In this document: piece by piece, positions 12,129 to 24,790 of the stretch | Layout: each line of letters begins with the position of its first letter | Numbering within the stretch: position 1 is the stretch's first letter | Source: Octopus vulgaris | Taxonomy: Eukaryota | Assembly: GCA_951406725.2 (NCBI GenBank) | Contig: OX597816.1 | Coordinates: 128,712,001 to 128,776,000, forward strand | Length of the DNA stretch: 64,000 nucleotides | Reading direction: 5' to 3' | Notes under the pieces: generated by a model | What the model saw: the letters and a program-made list of their open reading frames with translations, nothing else | What the model was told of the DNA's origin: nothing | Database searches by the model: none | Made by a program: the position numbers and the translations under genes

Positions 12129-12185
<57 letters not shown>

Positions 12186-12232
12186 CATGTATTTATGTGT
12201 GTATGTATGTATGTATGCATGTATGTATGTAT

Positions 12233-12500
12233 TCTTTTACTTGTTTCAGTCATTCAACTGCGGCCATGCTGGAGCACCACCTTGACACTATGGGACACTT
12301 CACAAATTTGCATATCAACATATATATATATAAATTTATGATGAGCTTCTCACATTTTCCATCTACCAAATCCACTTATGAAGTATTGGTTGGCCTGAAG
12401 CCATGATAGGAGACACTTACTCAGGGTACCAAGCAGTGGGGCTAAACATGAAATCATGTGATTGGGAAGCGTGCTTCTTAACCACACAGCCACACCTCTT
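12233..12500 (-). mobile_element. SINE family A, internally deleted
   Basis: Tail ttacttgtttcagtcatt...gccatgctggagcacc and head ...ttcttaaccacacagccacacct. Confidence 0.8.
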
Positions 12501-15500
12501 CCTATTGTTGATAATAATAAATACTTAAGCATTCTATTTATTGAAAATTTTAGAAATAATAGTAATGAGTGGGTTAAATAGATCTAAAACTTGTTTAAAA
12601 CATTTGGAGAAATATCTTATATATATATGTAGACAAAGGTCGCAGAATATCATTTTCTTCATTGTTAAATTACTTTTTCAGAAAGAGCAAAAAATAATAA
12701 AAGTAACAGTGTTATGTGGCAGATATCATAACCCTGATCATTTACATAGATGGAGATTCTGGATGAACAATCTTCAGTAATTCATCATGAAACTTCTCAC
12801 TCCAACTTACTTCTAATTTCCTTCTTTTCTTATCTTTTTTCTTCTTGTTTTCCCTTATAGGAAATGTCATTAAATCATGACACAGAAAATTTTTCCTATT
12901 ATCCTACATTAAATTTCATTTACAGGGGTTTATTGATGGAACAATAAATGTAAGGTTAAATTGCCTGACATGCAATGGCCATATCTTTAAACTTTACTAC
13001 TTACAGTCATTGATCTGTAACCTAATTTACCTATAAGTATTTCTGTATTGCTAACACACCATAATAGCCTTAAACAAGTAAGCATAAAATCACATTTTAA
13101 CTTCTTAACCACTTTAAAGCTTTTAAAAATGCATTTTTCATTCTTTCTTTTCACTACAGTTCAGATAAATACATAAGAATAACCATTATATGTCAAATAC
13201 AAGAGTTAACCCTAACTATGCCAACAATGAAGTAATAGCCAAATCTTCAAAAAAGAAAAGAAAAAGATAAAGAAAATCGCATCTCCCTTATATTAGCATG
13301 AATAAATGGATGGTGACATGCCTGATTTCAAACCTTATATTATATACACCTAATTTCACTCAAACAGCATCCATGCATCGTGGTCATGGTCACTGCCGAT
13401 GCCATGTAAATGGCACCCACAAATCCTAGTTTTGGTTACTGTTGGTGTTGTGTATATGATAACCATGCTGGTGGTACATAAAAGCACCCGTTACACTCCT
13501 TGAGTGGTTGGCATTAGGAAGGGCATCGAGCTGTAGAAACCATGCCAAATCAGACAGGGACCTCGTGCAGCTCTCTGGCTCATCAGCTCCAATCAAACCA
13601 TTTAACCTATGCCAGAATGGAGAGTGGACGTTAAATGATGATGATACCTCCTTTTTATGCTCTGTGAGAGCACCTGTCAGTATTTTATGCTTCTAATCTA
13701 TAATTCTTGAAACATCTGTCACTTAAGTGCATATTTTCAAGCAAATATGGTTTTTTGAATTTGTCAATTTCTTTTTAAATATTAAAAAAAAATTATGAGC
13801 TGGAGAAAATTCAAGATTTTCTTTTTAGTTTGTTAAAATCTGTCTAGAATATATTTTCATCAGTTATTATACTGAATTGATTGCACAGTATACATATTGA
13901 ACCCCATTCACAAAAGATAGTAGAAATTGACATAATTAGCATATTTAATTATATTGTTCAAAAAGCCATGGTGACATATCCATAATCAGATTACCTTACC
14001 TGGTGAAATATCTTGATCATGAACATGAATATTTTATATTCAAGAATAACATGTCACCATGAAAATTTTTTTTTTATTATAATTAATGTGTCTGAATCAG
14101 TATCTTTTGACAAATTCTCCAACATTAACACTTTTGTTCATTGATTAATATATTTTTTAATACTCATTGAATTTTATAGATTTAAGAAAATTAGAAGCAT
14201 TTTCATTTTCAAAACTAGAACAGAATAAATAAAGTCAAAAGAGGCCGAACATATTTTTCTCTTGAGAAAATCAGTTGCATAGCTTTTCTATTTCTATTAT
14301 TCTTTCAAATCAGATAAAACCATTTTTCTGAAGAAAGCATTTTAAAATTGCTGTGTGGAAAATCTACGATTGTTGATTCTACTAAAAATACCAGTCTGCA
14401 TTCAACCACATGTAAAGTAGCAGAGGGGAATTGATGAATGAGTATTAAAGCTAGACAGTTTCTTATAGAGTGGCATCTGTTGTTTGTCTTTCAGGAGGAG
14501 AAATAAAATTAAATAAACCAGCTGTAGAAAATATCCCATGGGAGTTTCAGTTCAGGCTACAGAATCCACACAGAAACACTTATCAATGCAAATGTAACGG
14601 ATCATTATGGATTAGAACAATTGCCACCAACTGTCAGGGGATCTGTCCTTGTGCATCTCATGAGAGAGAAAGAAAACTATTTTTGTGTGATGTGCCCACT
14701 GGGAAAGTTGTTTGTTTACATGATGTCTCTCATGCCTTTTGGCTTTTGTAGTCGACAATAAGTTCTTATCAACATGCCCTAACAGAGGAATTGTATTTGC
14801 TGTCAGATAAAGTGAAATGGAGATAACAGAAGTGAAAAATAGATGTGATAGAATCTGTACAAATATATATTAATCTAGATAAGAAAAATTCAAGTGTCAA
14901 TCAAATATACAAAGCTGATGAATAAGAAATTAAATTATTATTATTGATATTGTCATTGTTGTTGTCATCATTGACGTCATCACCCTCATCACCATTGTAG
15001 TTGATATTATTGTTGTTTATATTGTTGTTGTTGTTGTCATCTCTCTTTTTAATGCATTTTTCTTTTACAGTGTAATACAAATGCATGATACTTTGTTTTC
15101 TTTTTTAGTGTAAGAATTTTTTTTCATATTCAGTTATTACAGAGAACCTTACGTGAAAATGTGTACCATGCTAGTATTGTTTTATCTGATGTGTGTGTAA
15201 ATGCATGATGCATGTAATCTTACATGTGTGTTTTTATGTTTGATTTTATCACTCTTAATGTTCCATTTATAATGGAGACATTTTCCATAGTCATCCCACA
15301 CATACATGTTAATCTTTATCTCTAAATCCTTAGAATTTAGAATTCCCCAATATTTTTCTGAACAATGTTTTGCTTGTAAGGGATTGCTATATTGATAAAA
15401 AATACATTGCTTTCTAATCCTATCTTTAATTAAAATATTTGGATAGTCTTCTTTGATTTTCTTATCAGTTTGCACTGACACATCTCAAAATATTGTAAAT

Positions 15501-16218
15501 GTAGTAACATTCAGAGACACTTTGGGGCTAAGAAAAACAATAATGGAACAAAAGTACAAACCTGTGAGGAAAAGAAAAGAAAAGAGTTTTAATGTTTCAA
15601 GTATAAAGTCCTTTGTCAAAATAAAAAAGGATAAGAAAAGTGGAAGAGTTGAAGAAAAAAATTAGCTTACTCATGCTATTGAACAGGCATTGTAGCAACG
15701 GGAGGAAATGCAAGTTGGTAGAGCTGTGTATGTTGTTTCTGGCAGAAGAGAGTGTAATAGGTGCTGAGTGAATGTGATTCATGTGCAGTGAAGTGGACTC
15801 CATCACCAGACAGGAAGTATTGATGACAGTTAATAAGTGAGGGATGAGGAAACAAAAAAGAGAAGTAGGAAGAAAAGAAGCAAAGAAAGGCAAAAGTGGG
15901 TGAAGAGCAGGGAGGCAGGAAGCATAGGAGTAGGTGGTAGGAAGACAGGGCAAGTTTGTATGAAGATAACACAAATATGTACAGGTCATACATATCAACA
16001 GGAAACTCAGATGATATAATAGTAGGGGATGACAAAGGATTATCAATTCTTTTAAAAACCGAGAGAATAGTTTCTAACTAAGGTGCCACTTTTGTTCCTA
16101 GAGAAGTTGGGGAAGGAGTGTAAAGGTGCTGGAGAAGTCTAAAGACAGAAAATTGGAGAGGGGAACGTTCAAGAGACAAAAAATGACATCCAATTGGTTT
16201 TGAGGATCTATAGCTAAT

Positions 16219-16572
16219 GGCACATGGCTCAGTGGTTAGAACATCAGTCTCACAATTATGAAGTAGTGAGTTCAATTCCCAGACCAAGCTCTGTGCTGTG
16301 TTCTTGAACAAGGCACTTTATTTCACATTGCTCCAATTCACTCAGCTGTAGAAATGAATTGCAACATCACTTGTGCTAAGCTGTATCAGCTTTTGTATTT
16401 CTCTTGGACAACATTGGTAACATGGAGAGAGGAGACTGGTATGCACTGGCAACTGCTGGACTTCCATAAAAGCAACCTTGCCCAGACTTGTGCCTCAGAG
16501 GGGAACTTTTTAGGAGCAATCCCATGGTCATTCATAATGAAAGGGGTTATTTACCCCTTTACCCTTTTTACC
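16219..16572 (+). mobile_element. tRNA-headed SINE family C, full length
   Basis: A box tggctcagtggttaga, B box gagttcaattccc, body colinear with 34865-35212, (tttacc)n tail. Confidence 0.9.
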
Positions 16573-16982
16573 TTTTATAGCATAAAATATCCAGCAGATA
16601 TTCTTTGAACTAATTAATTTAATTTGACTGCAAGAGATGACATTCTTGGATGTGCAAGTGAACCAATCAGTAGTTAAGAGATTGTAGAAGCTTATTTGAC
16701 CATCTTCTTTGTTACGTACTAAAATGTTTCATTGTTGCTTTTTTCAGGTTATTTCTCCTTTTGTTTATTCTTTAGTTGATGTGCTGATTTTAACTTCTTT
16801 CATTTCTATATTTCTAGAGTCTGTTTTATTGAATTGGTCTCAAAGAAAGGGAAGTTTCTATAACTTTTGCAGACCCTTTATGACTGTGAGAATGATGTGA
16901 TTATTGTTCTGCTTAAACTATTGTGAGCCAACTCCTACAGAAATGACATGAGCAGGAAGACATCCCAGAGGACCAATGTTCT

Positions 16983-17210
16983 TATTTTTTTATTGCCCAC
17001 AAGAGGCTAAACATAAAGGGGACAAGCAAGGACAGATAAAGGTATTAAGTTGATTACATCGACCCCAATACATAACTGGTACTTAATTTATCGACCCCGA
17101 AAGGATGAAAGGCAAAGTCGACCTCGGCGGAATTTGAACTCAGAACGTAATGGCAGATGAAATACTGCTAAGCATTTCGCCCAGCATGCTAACCGTTCTG
17201 CCAGCTCACC
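16983..17210 (-). mobile_element. SINE family B, full length with TSD
   Basis: Colinear revcomp of 61208-61433; flanked by accaatgttct / actaatgttct. Confidence 0.92.
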
Positions 17211-17229
17211 ACTAATGTTCTGATGAGAG

Positions 17230-17600
17230 AAGATGGGTGTTATGGTTTGTGTAGGGCTTCATGATGTGGGGTACAATATGGAAACAAAATGATTGCGTCA
17301 AGAATGCTTAGAGGGAAATGGTATGAGACTAGCTAGCTCTTGGGAGTAGAGGTCATTTAATTAGTGGCAGAAAAGACTGAGAGGAGACTGCACATATGTG
17401 GGCCAGAGGCTGGAGCATGCCTCTGACATTATGCCAGTCAGCTGAATGGCTTTCTTCTGGATGTGGTCTAGGATGTGTATATATAGCAACAGCACTATCC
17501 CAGAGTGGTAATCCATTAGACTTCACTGAGCTTCTCTGGAGTGCTGGTAATTGTAGAAGGCTGAAGTATTTTCCGAGGTCCTAAAACTGACAATTTCATA
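17230..17600 (-). mobile_element. CR1/Zenon-like LINE ORF2 C-terminal fragment
   Basis: Minus-strand pieces WDSAVAI..HILDHIQKKAIQLTG...MLQPLAHICAVS..LFCH*LNDLYSQELASLIP resemble W.GA...LDRIQR.A...LQPL.HRR.V.SL..FYRYY.G.CS.EL..LIP. Confidence 0.65.
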
Positions 17601-18035
17601 GACTGAGAATACCAAATCCTAGAGATGCAGTTCTAGCTAATAGGTTGTGATTTCACCTTGAGAAATTCTTAATGGTAATGATACTATACTAATGCTTTTT
17701 CATCTATTAAAAATAATTTGTTTTTGTTGTAATCCATAGCATTCTTATTTTCTCTTCAGTACTTTCTTAGTTCAGTTATATTTTTTTTTATAGAATTTCT
17801 CAATTTGTAAGTCTCTCCTTCATTTTGGGATAAATGGTAAGTATATTTTATGTAGATCAGGTAGGCATTTCTACATCTTGAAAATTGCTAGATGTACCTT
17901 ATCTTACAAATCTATGCTTCTTAGTTTGATTAATTTTGAATTAATTACACAAACCTGCACCTAATTACTAAGATACTAAATGAGTTTCTACTAATTAATG
18001 TATATTGGTGTGAATGTGTGTGTGTGCATGTGTGT

Positions 18036-18070
<35 letters not shown>

Positions 18071-18105
18071 CATACGTATGTATATATATATATAACATAT
18101 ATATA

Positions 18106-18157
<52 letters not shown>

Positions 18158-20004
18158 CATATGCATATATGCACACACTCACACCCATATACATTAATTA
18201 GCATAAACTCGTATGTATATATTCATTTAATTCAGTTTAATAATACTAATCCATTTTGTATTTTGCCCATTGTACTCATATTTGTTTTTGTTTTGTTTTT
18301 TTTCATTTGTGCATGTTATATATCTATATGTGTTTTATTGTTCAAGCTCTATGATTTCTGAATCTTTAACTATATTGATACTTTTCTGAATTATTTGCTT
18401 TTAAACTTTTCCTTCTCTCTGCAACCTGCATCAGCTTCTTCAATCTGTAAATCTCGCAATCATTTTCCAGTGGTTGTCTGATTGCTTTACAGAGAATAGA
18501 ATACTCAAAATGATCTTTCATGTTCCCCTTCATAGTTTTCTATTTCTCTAGCATTTCTTTCATCTTCTCCAAGATCTAACTTTGATGCTACAGGAATTAA
18601 AGACTTTATGATATGGAATTTCTTGGGAAATGCTGCTTAATTCATGTCACGAAGCTTCAGGCTTTGTTTGTGGAAACAACTAGATGGTATGGAGGATTAA
18701 ACCAGATAGCCTTTTTCTTTCTAACTATTTTCATGATTATGGGTTGATGGGTTGGGTATACATTATGTGCACCAATTTTTAAGTAAAGCCACTCCTCACT
18801 AGTACTTCATTATATTAGAGTGCTGCCTTATTGAAGACTGCTCTGAGTCAAAGCAACACAAGAGTCACAATAAGACACATTGGACATGATGTAGAGTCAT
18901 GGTTAGTAGTAACTTTTCTGTAGTAGCATGGAAGAGTGGTCAAAGCAGGCTTAGTGAACTAGACCTGTGGTTGGATGGAGTGAGAAGCTGAAAATGCACT
19001 TCCAAGTCCAAATAACACCTGAAGGCCACTAAATCACACCAGAGCTATGCCTAGTAGAAGATATCAGGACAAAGGGCAAAAGATTAAAGATACAGGAGGA
19101 AAAGCTTAGTTTCTTTTGCCAGAGTAAAACATGCCTTAGAGCTGAATGCTCAGAACAACTAGGAAGATTAAGTAAAAAGTAGGGAAACTGAAAATAAGGA
19201 AGAGCAACAGCAAAAAAGAGCAATGAACTCCAGTTTCCTGTGCCCCACCACCCAAAACTCTGGGAGTAGCACAGGAAATATCTTTAGGTCTAGTATCACA
19301 AACGGATGAGTAAAAACATTGTTCTCTAACAGTATCAAATTCAATCTTACACTTTCATTGTGTGACGAGGAAGAACTAACAATTAAAGATGAAAAATTCC
19401 AAACACTTGCTGAAAATATAAAGGGAATTTAAGAAGAAAAATAAATGAAAAATTCATAAAACAAAGAAAGCATGTAAGAAGGAATATTTTCTTCCAACCG
19501 ACAATGAAATCCCTCCTCGGGAAAATAATAAAGAAAAGAGAGACAATCAGAATGAACTATGTTTCTCAGTCTTTGAAAATCAAACTGTTTATAGACAAAA
19601 TGACACATTGTTAGTGTCATGGACTTTCCGAAGAAGTTATAGTAACACAAAAATAGTTAGATTTAGAATATAAACATCATGCAAAAGACAAATTACTAAT
19701 AAAACTAACAATTGTAGTGAACTTAAAATAGATTTTCCTCAAGATGTTGATGTTTTTCAACACTACACTATATGTCACACAAAATGCTTATAAAAGCATT
19801 TGATTGTACTCAAGCAAAGTGTCAGGAAGCTGTAACTCAGTTTAGCTAGAAATCTTTCATATTTATTTCTTTAAATTTTATCTTTTTTTAATTATTGTGT
19901 AGTATTTGTAAACTCTTCATTTCCATGCAAATATGTGTGTGTATATGAGTGTGTGTACATGCATGCGTGTGTATATATACACATACACATGCATGATGAT
20001 GATG

Positions 20005-20043
<39 letters not shown>

Positions 20044-20629
20044 TAGATAGATAGTTATATATATGAATGTGTGTATGTATGTACGTATTATGTATGTATG
20101 TATGTATGTATGTATGTACGTATGTGTGTATGTATCTGTGTACCATTTAGATTGTTATTACATCCTTCCACATATTATATAACGTTCCTTATCCACTTTT
20201 TTCATAATTTCTAAACAATTTTTCCCTCCTACTATACATTATCTTATCTTTCCTTGTAACTCCAAGTATAAGTTTCATATTTTGGGTGTATCACTTTAAA
20301 CCCTTGTGCCTAATAAAAAGATCATCATCATCATCATCATCATTACTATTATTTTCCTTTTGCCAGTTGTAAAATTAATAACTAAAGACTGATGGTTTCT
20401 GTCAATGTGGGAGTGCAGAATTTTTTGCGCTCATATAATTTTGAATTTCTATGTACTACTTTTCCTTTGAACTCGAAAAAACAGGCAAGCTGTAAAAAAA
20501 AATCATTCAAAACAACAAAATATTTATTGCAATCACATTGCACTCTTCATATTGTCTTATAATTATTTTTACTATTATTTTCATATACACTCAACAGATT
20601 AGACTTTTGGAAAAGAAAAGAGTCCAAAC

Positions 20630-21200
20630 ATTGGTCTACAGCAAGTAGCCTTAGATGCCAAGAACCCTCCTATTAGGTTACAGCAAGTAACTTTAGATGT
20701 CAAGAACTCTCCTAAGTATCTTAGCTGTCTCTAATAACACTGTTTTCTGGAGCTATACTGAACTGGGTTTTATGCATATTTCCTCTTTCCATCTGTTCAA
20801 ATCTTTAGGGATATTCCAAATGCACCTATAACTACTGGGATACATTTTACCCACACTTTCCATAGTCTCTGTAATTCAATAGCTAGGTCCTGGTACCTTG
20901 CTATTTTTTCTATTCCTCCCATATTTAATTTTTTCATTATTTGAGACTCTAAAGTCAATTATCTGTCACTTTCTATTCTCTTTATCTACCACTACCAAAT
21001 TAGGCCTAGCTTCTATTACTCTGTCAGTCTGAATGTTAAAGTCCCACACCTTGTATTTCTTACTAGGTTCATGTTCATTCCATTTATCAGTATGTTCAAA
21101 TCCTAGCTTTCTACATAGCTCCCAGTGGATTGCTCTCCCTAGATTGTCATGTCTCTTCTTGTATTCTTTCTGTGCCATTGGAAATATACTTGGTTTTTGT
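20630..21200 (-). mobile_element. R4/Dong-like non-LTR retrotransposon, restriction-like endonuclease domain and 3' end
   Basis: AQKEYKKRHDNLGRAIHWELCRK...WDFNIQTDRVIEARPNLVVVDK...IIDF...EKIARYQDLAIELQRLW...IPVIVGAFG...QKTVLLETAKILRRVL; abuts (TAA)n. Confidence 0.85.
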
Positions 21201-21209
21201 CTATCTTGG

Positions 21210-21210
21210 C

Positions 21211-21262
<52 letters not shown>

Positions 21263-21289
21263 GTTGTTGTTATTATTATTATTGTTATT

Positions 21290-21320
<31 letters not shown>

Positions 21321-21520
21321 TTATTATTATTATTATTTCTTTTATTATTATTGAGTGAGAGAGCAGTGCATGCCATCAAAGTGACACTGGGGTAAAATAT
21401 ACGAAGCCCAATATACCCATCATGACAACCCGTCTGATAAGGGTACACCAATCATTATTATTATTATTCTATTATTATTATCATCATCATTACTATTATT
21501 ATTATTATTATTATTATTAT
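21210..21520. repeat. (ATT)n microsatellites, each followed by the same ~40-bp retroelement end
   Basis: tgagtgagagagcagtgcatgccatcaaa(g/a)tgacactggggt at ~21352 and ~21521. Confidence 0.85.
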
Positions 21521-21656
21521 TGAGTGAGAGAGCAGTGCATGCCATCAAAATGACACTGGGGTTGAATGAAACACCCATGTTTCCAGGGGTGAATTATCCA
21601 AACTCCAAAGAATTCCTCTCAAGACATTGCTATGATGCTCTTCCACTACTTCTGCT

Positions 21657-21762
21657 CTCTTAACCACTACGCCATATGCCATAGTGGTTAAGAGCATGGA
21701 CTACTAGTCCCAAGATTCCGAGTTTGATTCCAAGCAGTGACCTGAACAACAACAACAACAAC

Positions 21763-21796
<34 letters not shown>

Positions 21797-21955
21797 TCGA
21801 AAAATACCTTAGGAATGAGAACCCAGGTTCTAAATTTCCCAAGACACCTGATGAAGGCTGGAGGGTATATCAGCCAAAACATTGTGTTAACAACAAACAA
21901 GATGAGGACAAATACCCATCAAATGTAAATAATGTAAATAGTGTAAATAATGTCC
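21657..21955 (+). mobile_element. tRNA-headed SINE-like element with hammerhead-containing tail and 5' inverted duplication
   Basis: A-box-like tagtggttaagagc, B-box-like gagtttgattcc (21720-21731), (AAC/AAT)n linker, hammerhead 21843-21888, (aatgtaaat)n tail, 13-bp inverted copy of the head at 21657-21669. Confidence 0.75.
21843..21888 (+). ncRNA. Minimal hammerhead motif, decayed at two CpG sites
   Basis: GACAC-CUGAUGA-A-GGCUG-GAGGGUAUAU-CAGCC-AAAAC-AUU-GUGUU; restoring two CG>CA changes gives CC-GAAAC-GUU. Helix I and helix II are 5 bp each. Confidence 0.7.
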
Positions 21956-21984
21956 ATATTTATTATTATCACTATTATTAAGAC

Positions 21985-22180
21985 AATGAGCTTGTAGAAT
22001 CATTGGCATTCCAGGTGAAATGCTTAGAGGTATTTCTCCTGTCATTTCGTTCTTAGTTCAAATTCTGCCAAGGTCAACTTTACCTTTCATCCTTTTGGAG
22101 TTGATAAATTAATTACCAGTGAAACACTGGGGTTGATGTAACTGACCACCAGATTTCAGGCCTTGTGCCTAAAACTGAAA
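21985..22180 (+). mobile_element. SINE family B (short-tail variant)
   Basis: gagcttgtagaatcattggc...gttcaaattctgccaaggtcaactttacctttcatcc. Similar copies at ~7840-7935, 27720-27830, 37315-37522, 44205-44392, 57280-57445(+) and 35880-36085(-). Confidence 0.8.
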
Positions 22181-23351
22181 GGATTATTATTATTATTAGT
22201 TTATTTTGTTTATACAGGCACATATATGTATATATACAGAAGTATTCAGACATACTATCTCTTGCCTGTGTTCAACAAGCATTGGAGAAAGTTACAAGTG
22301 AGAAAGCATATAAAAGAAAGCTGCTTTGTGGCTAATTATATAACACTGCTATAAAAAAAAATATAAAACAAGACAAAAAAACAACAATAACAATGTCAGG
22401 CATAAACCAATAACCAATAAATTAGATCTTATTTATTGAATCTCAGCAGAAATGAAAGAGAAATATAAATATATCAGCACATAAAAGAAACAAAAAAAAA
22501 ACATAAGCAACCTTTCAAACAAATGGAAACTTTTGTTTCTTTTAGACATCAGAAACTAACCATAAACACAGACGTTCCACTGTCAAGTCACACAAAGGTA
22601 ACTCCTGTTATATACTATTACTCACACATACACACACACAAACACCCACACTCACACCCACACATTTGTATATATGTGTGTATGGATAGATAGATGTAGT
22701 TATAGATATATGCATAGATTTCTATTTTTGCATATGGCTGTTTCTATGTTAGATTTTATTCTTTTATTCTCTGTCTTCTTTATTTTATTTCATTTATGCT
22801 TATTTTAAAACATAATGGCCATACAGAAAATATTGGATAGAATTTTTGTAAAATCTAATCAATTTTAAGCAATTCTCCAAATCTAAATATACTAAATTTT
22901 AAAAATTTTGGAACAGATAAGCTATCACCTATTAGATTGTTGGAACACCACTGAAGCTTTTTCTCTGTATGAAATACACTACATATATATAATCTGCAGA
23001 TGATTTTAAATGGGAAAATTACACAAAACTTTGCAAAGCTGAAATCAGCAAAACTGGATCCAGGTCAGTTAAATATGACCTTTTTTTCTATATTACAAAA
23101 AAAAAAAAAAACCTATTTACCACAAAACTCAAAAATGTTTACATTGAAACCTTCTCCTCATAAAAGACTCAAAACAACATGTAACTCCATTTTTTTCATG
23201 TCCCCTTCCATCTTTCATGTAAGATATGTTGATATATATTATATATGTCAAATTCACCATAAGAATATATATGCTAATATGTTTTCCATTGAACTATATT
23301 ATACAAAAACATTTATTCTGTGAACACACACCTTTATATTCTTATTTGTAA

Positions 23352-24546
23352 TCATACTATAATGGGCGTAATGTCCACCCATCCGTCTGTACTCACATCA
23401 CAGCCAAACGGTTGGGCTGATCAGCATGAAACTTTGTAGGGGTGTTTGGGGGTTTCTAGGGTGGTTTATATATAGGTTTAGCCCCTCCTTCCACCCCCTA
23501 TTTTCAGTGAAATTTCATCAATTGAGGTAAATTTGGCACCCAGAGATAACTTTGGCAGAAGAAATAGTGTGGCCCATACCCTCCTAAAGGGACATGCTTG
23601 ACCTCCTTCTTCTGCCCCTGTCCCAGTCTCTGTCCTACCACCACCCCCTACCCATGTAATATGATCAATTGAGGCAAATTTGGCACCAAGAGGTAAGTTT
23701 TGTAAGAGGAATGGAGAGGCCTACCTTCTCCCACAGAGATCAGTCCGACCTCTTCCTCCCCCTGCAATTGCAAGTCAAAGATGATGAGTTACAAAATATT
23801 TCCCTCACAGATAGTGAATGGAACTTAACTTTCACATCATTGAAGCAGTGATAGCAACTGGTCCTCACACTGGCAAACGTCTGTTTATACCTAGGATACC
23901 TCTGATGCTTTTGGCAAGCTGGCAGAAACGTTAGCACGCCGGGTGAAATGCTTAGTGGTATTTTGTCTGCTGTTATGTTCTGAGTTCAAATTCCACCGAG
24001 GTCAACTTTGCCTTTCATCCTTTCGGATTGACATTGTTATTGTTGTTACGCACTGGGGTCGATGTAATCGACTTAATCCCTTTGTCTGTCCTTGTTTGTC
24101 CCCTCTATGTTTAGCCCCTTCTGGGCAATAAAGAAATAAGATAATCAGTTTCCATTTCAATTACGATGCAGGCAGTTTCCTATCAAATTAACCTTCTCCC
24201 TTATGGCCAACAAGTCTCAGGGCCAGACTTTGGATCGCATCAATGTGTTTCTTCCCTCTCCCATGTTCATGCACGGCCATCTGTATGTCCCGATGAGTTG
24301 GGCAACGGATTCAGCTAATTTGAAACTTAGTTGTGGATAAACGGAGAATATTGTTTACAAAGAGGTGTTGTAAAGATAGCACCATGAATGTGTTACGTAA
24401 ATGTTTACACATATATTGTTCAATAAGGTGCACTACATAATTTGGCACTATCAAATATAATGAATAAAAATAAGTACATTACAACTTAAATTGTCTCAAT
24501 TTGCACCCTGCTCTTGTCACCCATCATAGATGGGTAAGTTTGCTAA
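23352..24546 (+). mobile_element. Internally deleted Helitron with PIF1-like helicase C-terminus
   Basis: 5' A|TCATACTATAAT. Translation FHIIEAVIATGPHTGKRLFIPRIPL / QFPFQLRCRQFPIKLTFSLMANKSQGQTLDRINVFLPSPMFMHGHLYVPMSW...TENIVYKEVL*. 3' hairpin acccatc-ata-gatgggt (24519-24535), then CTAA|T (CTRR). Confidence 0.9.
23913..24140 (+). mobile_element. SINE family B inserted in the Helitron helicase
   Basis: agctggcagaaacgttagcacgccggg...gggcaataaagaaata splits the helicase reading frame. Confidence 0.92.
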
Positions 24547-24673
24547 TACATATAAACATATAGAATAAAACAAGTGTCCACTTATGTTAAATTGTTAAAT
24601 TTGTTTTAATTACACAAAATATATATGAATGCAAAAAAGAAATTTTGATTCATTTTCAGCCTTTTCTAAGTAT

Positions 24674-24704
<31 letters not shown>

Positions 24705-24790
24705 CTAGCTGGTGTACCCGGTAATTCCCAGGGGTAAATTTTCAGGCTAGAATTTGGGGTCCATGATTGCTATTATCTATAGGCATGCCA
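24705..24790 (-). mobile_element. Probable Helitron 3' terminus in (TA)n
   Basis: Minus strand ends ...cctgggaattaccgggtacaccagCTAG|T: imperfect GC hairpin, then CTAG. Confidence 0.55.

Larger units (their letters stand above)
11881..12133. mobile_element. Fold-back Penelope-type pLTR mini-element carrying two outward-reading hammerheads
   Basis: Arms 11938-12027 / 12044-12133 with a 16-nt spacer; flanked by (CA)n and (TA)n; same family as 40786-40903. Confidence 0.85.
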
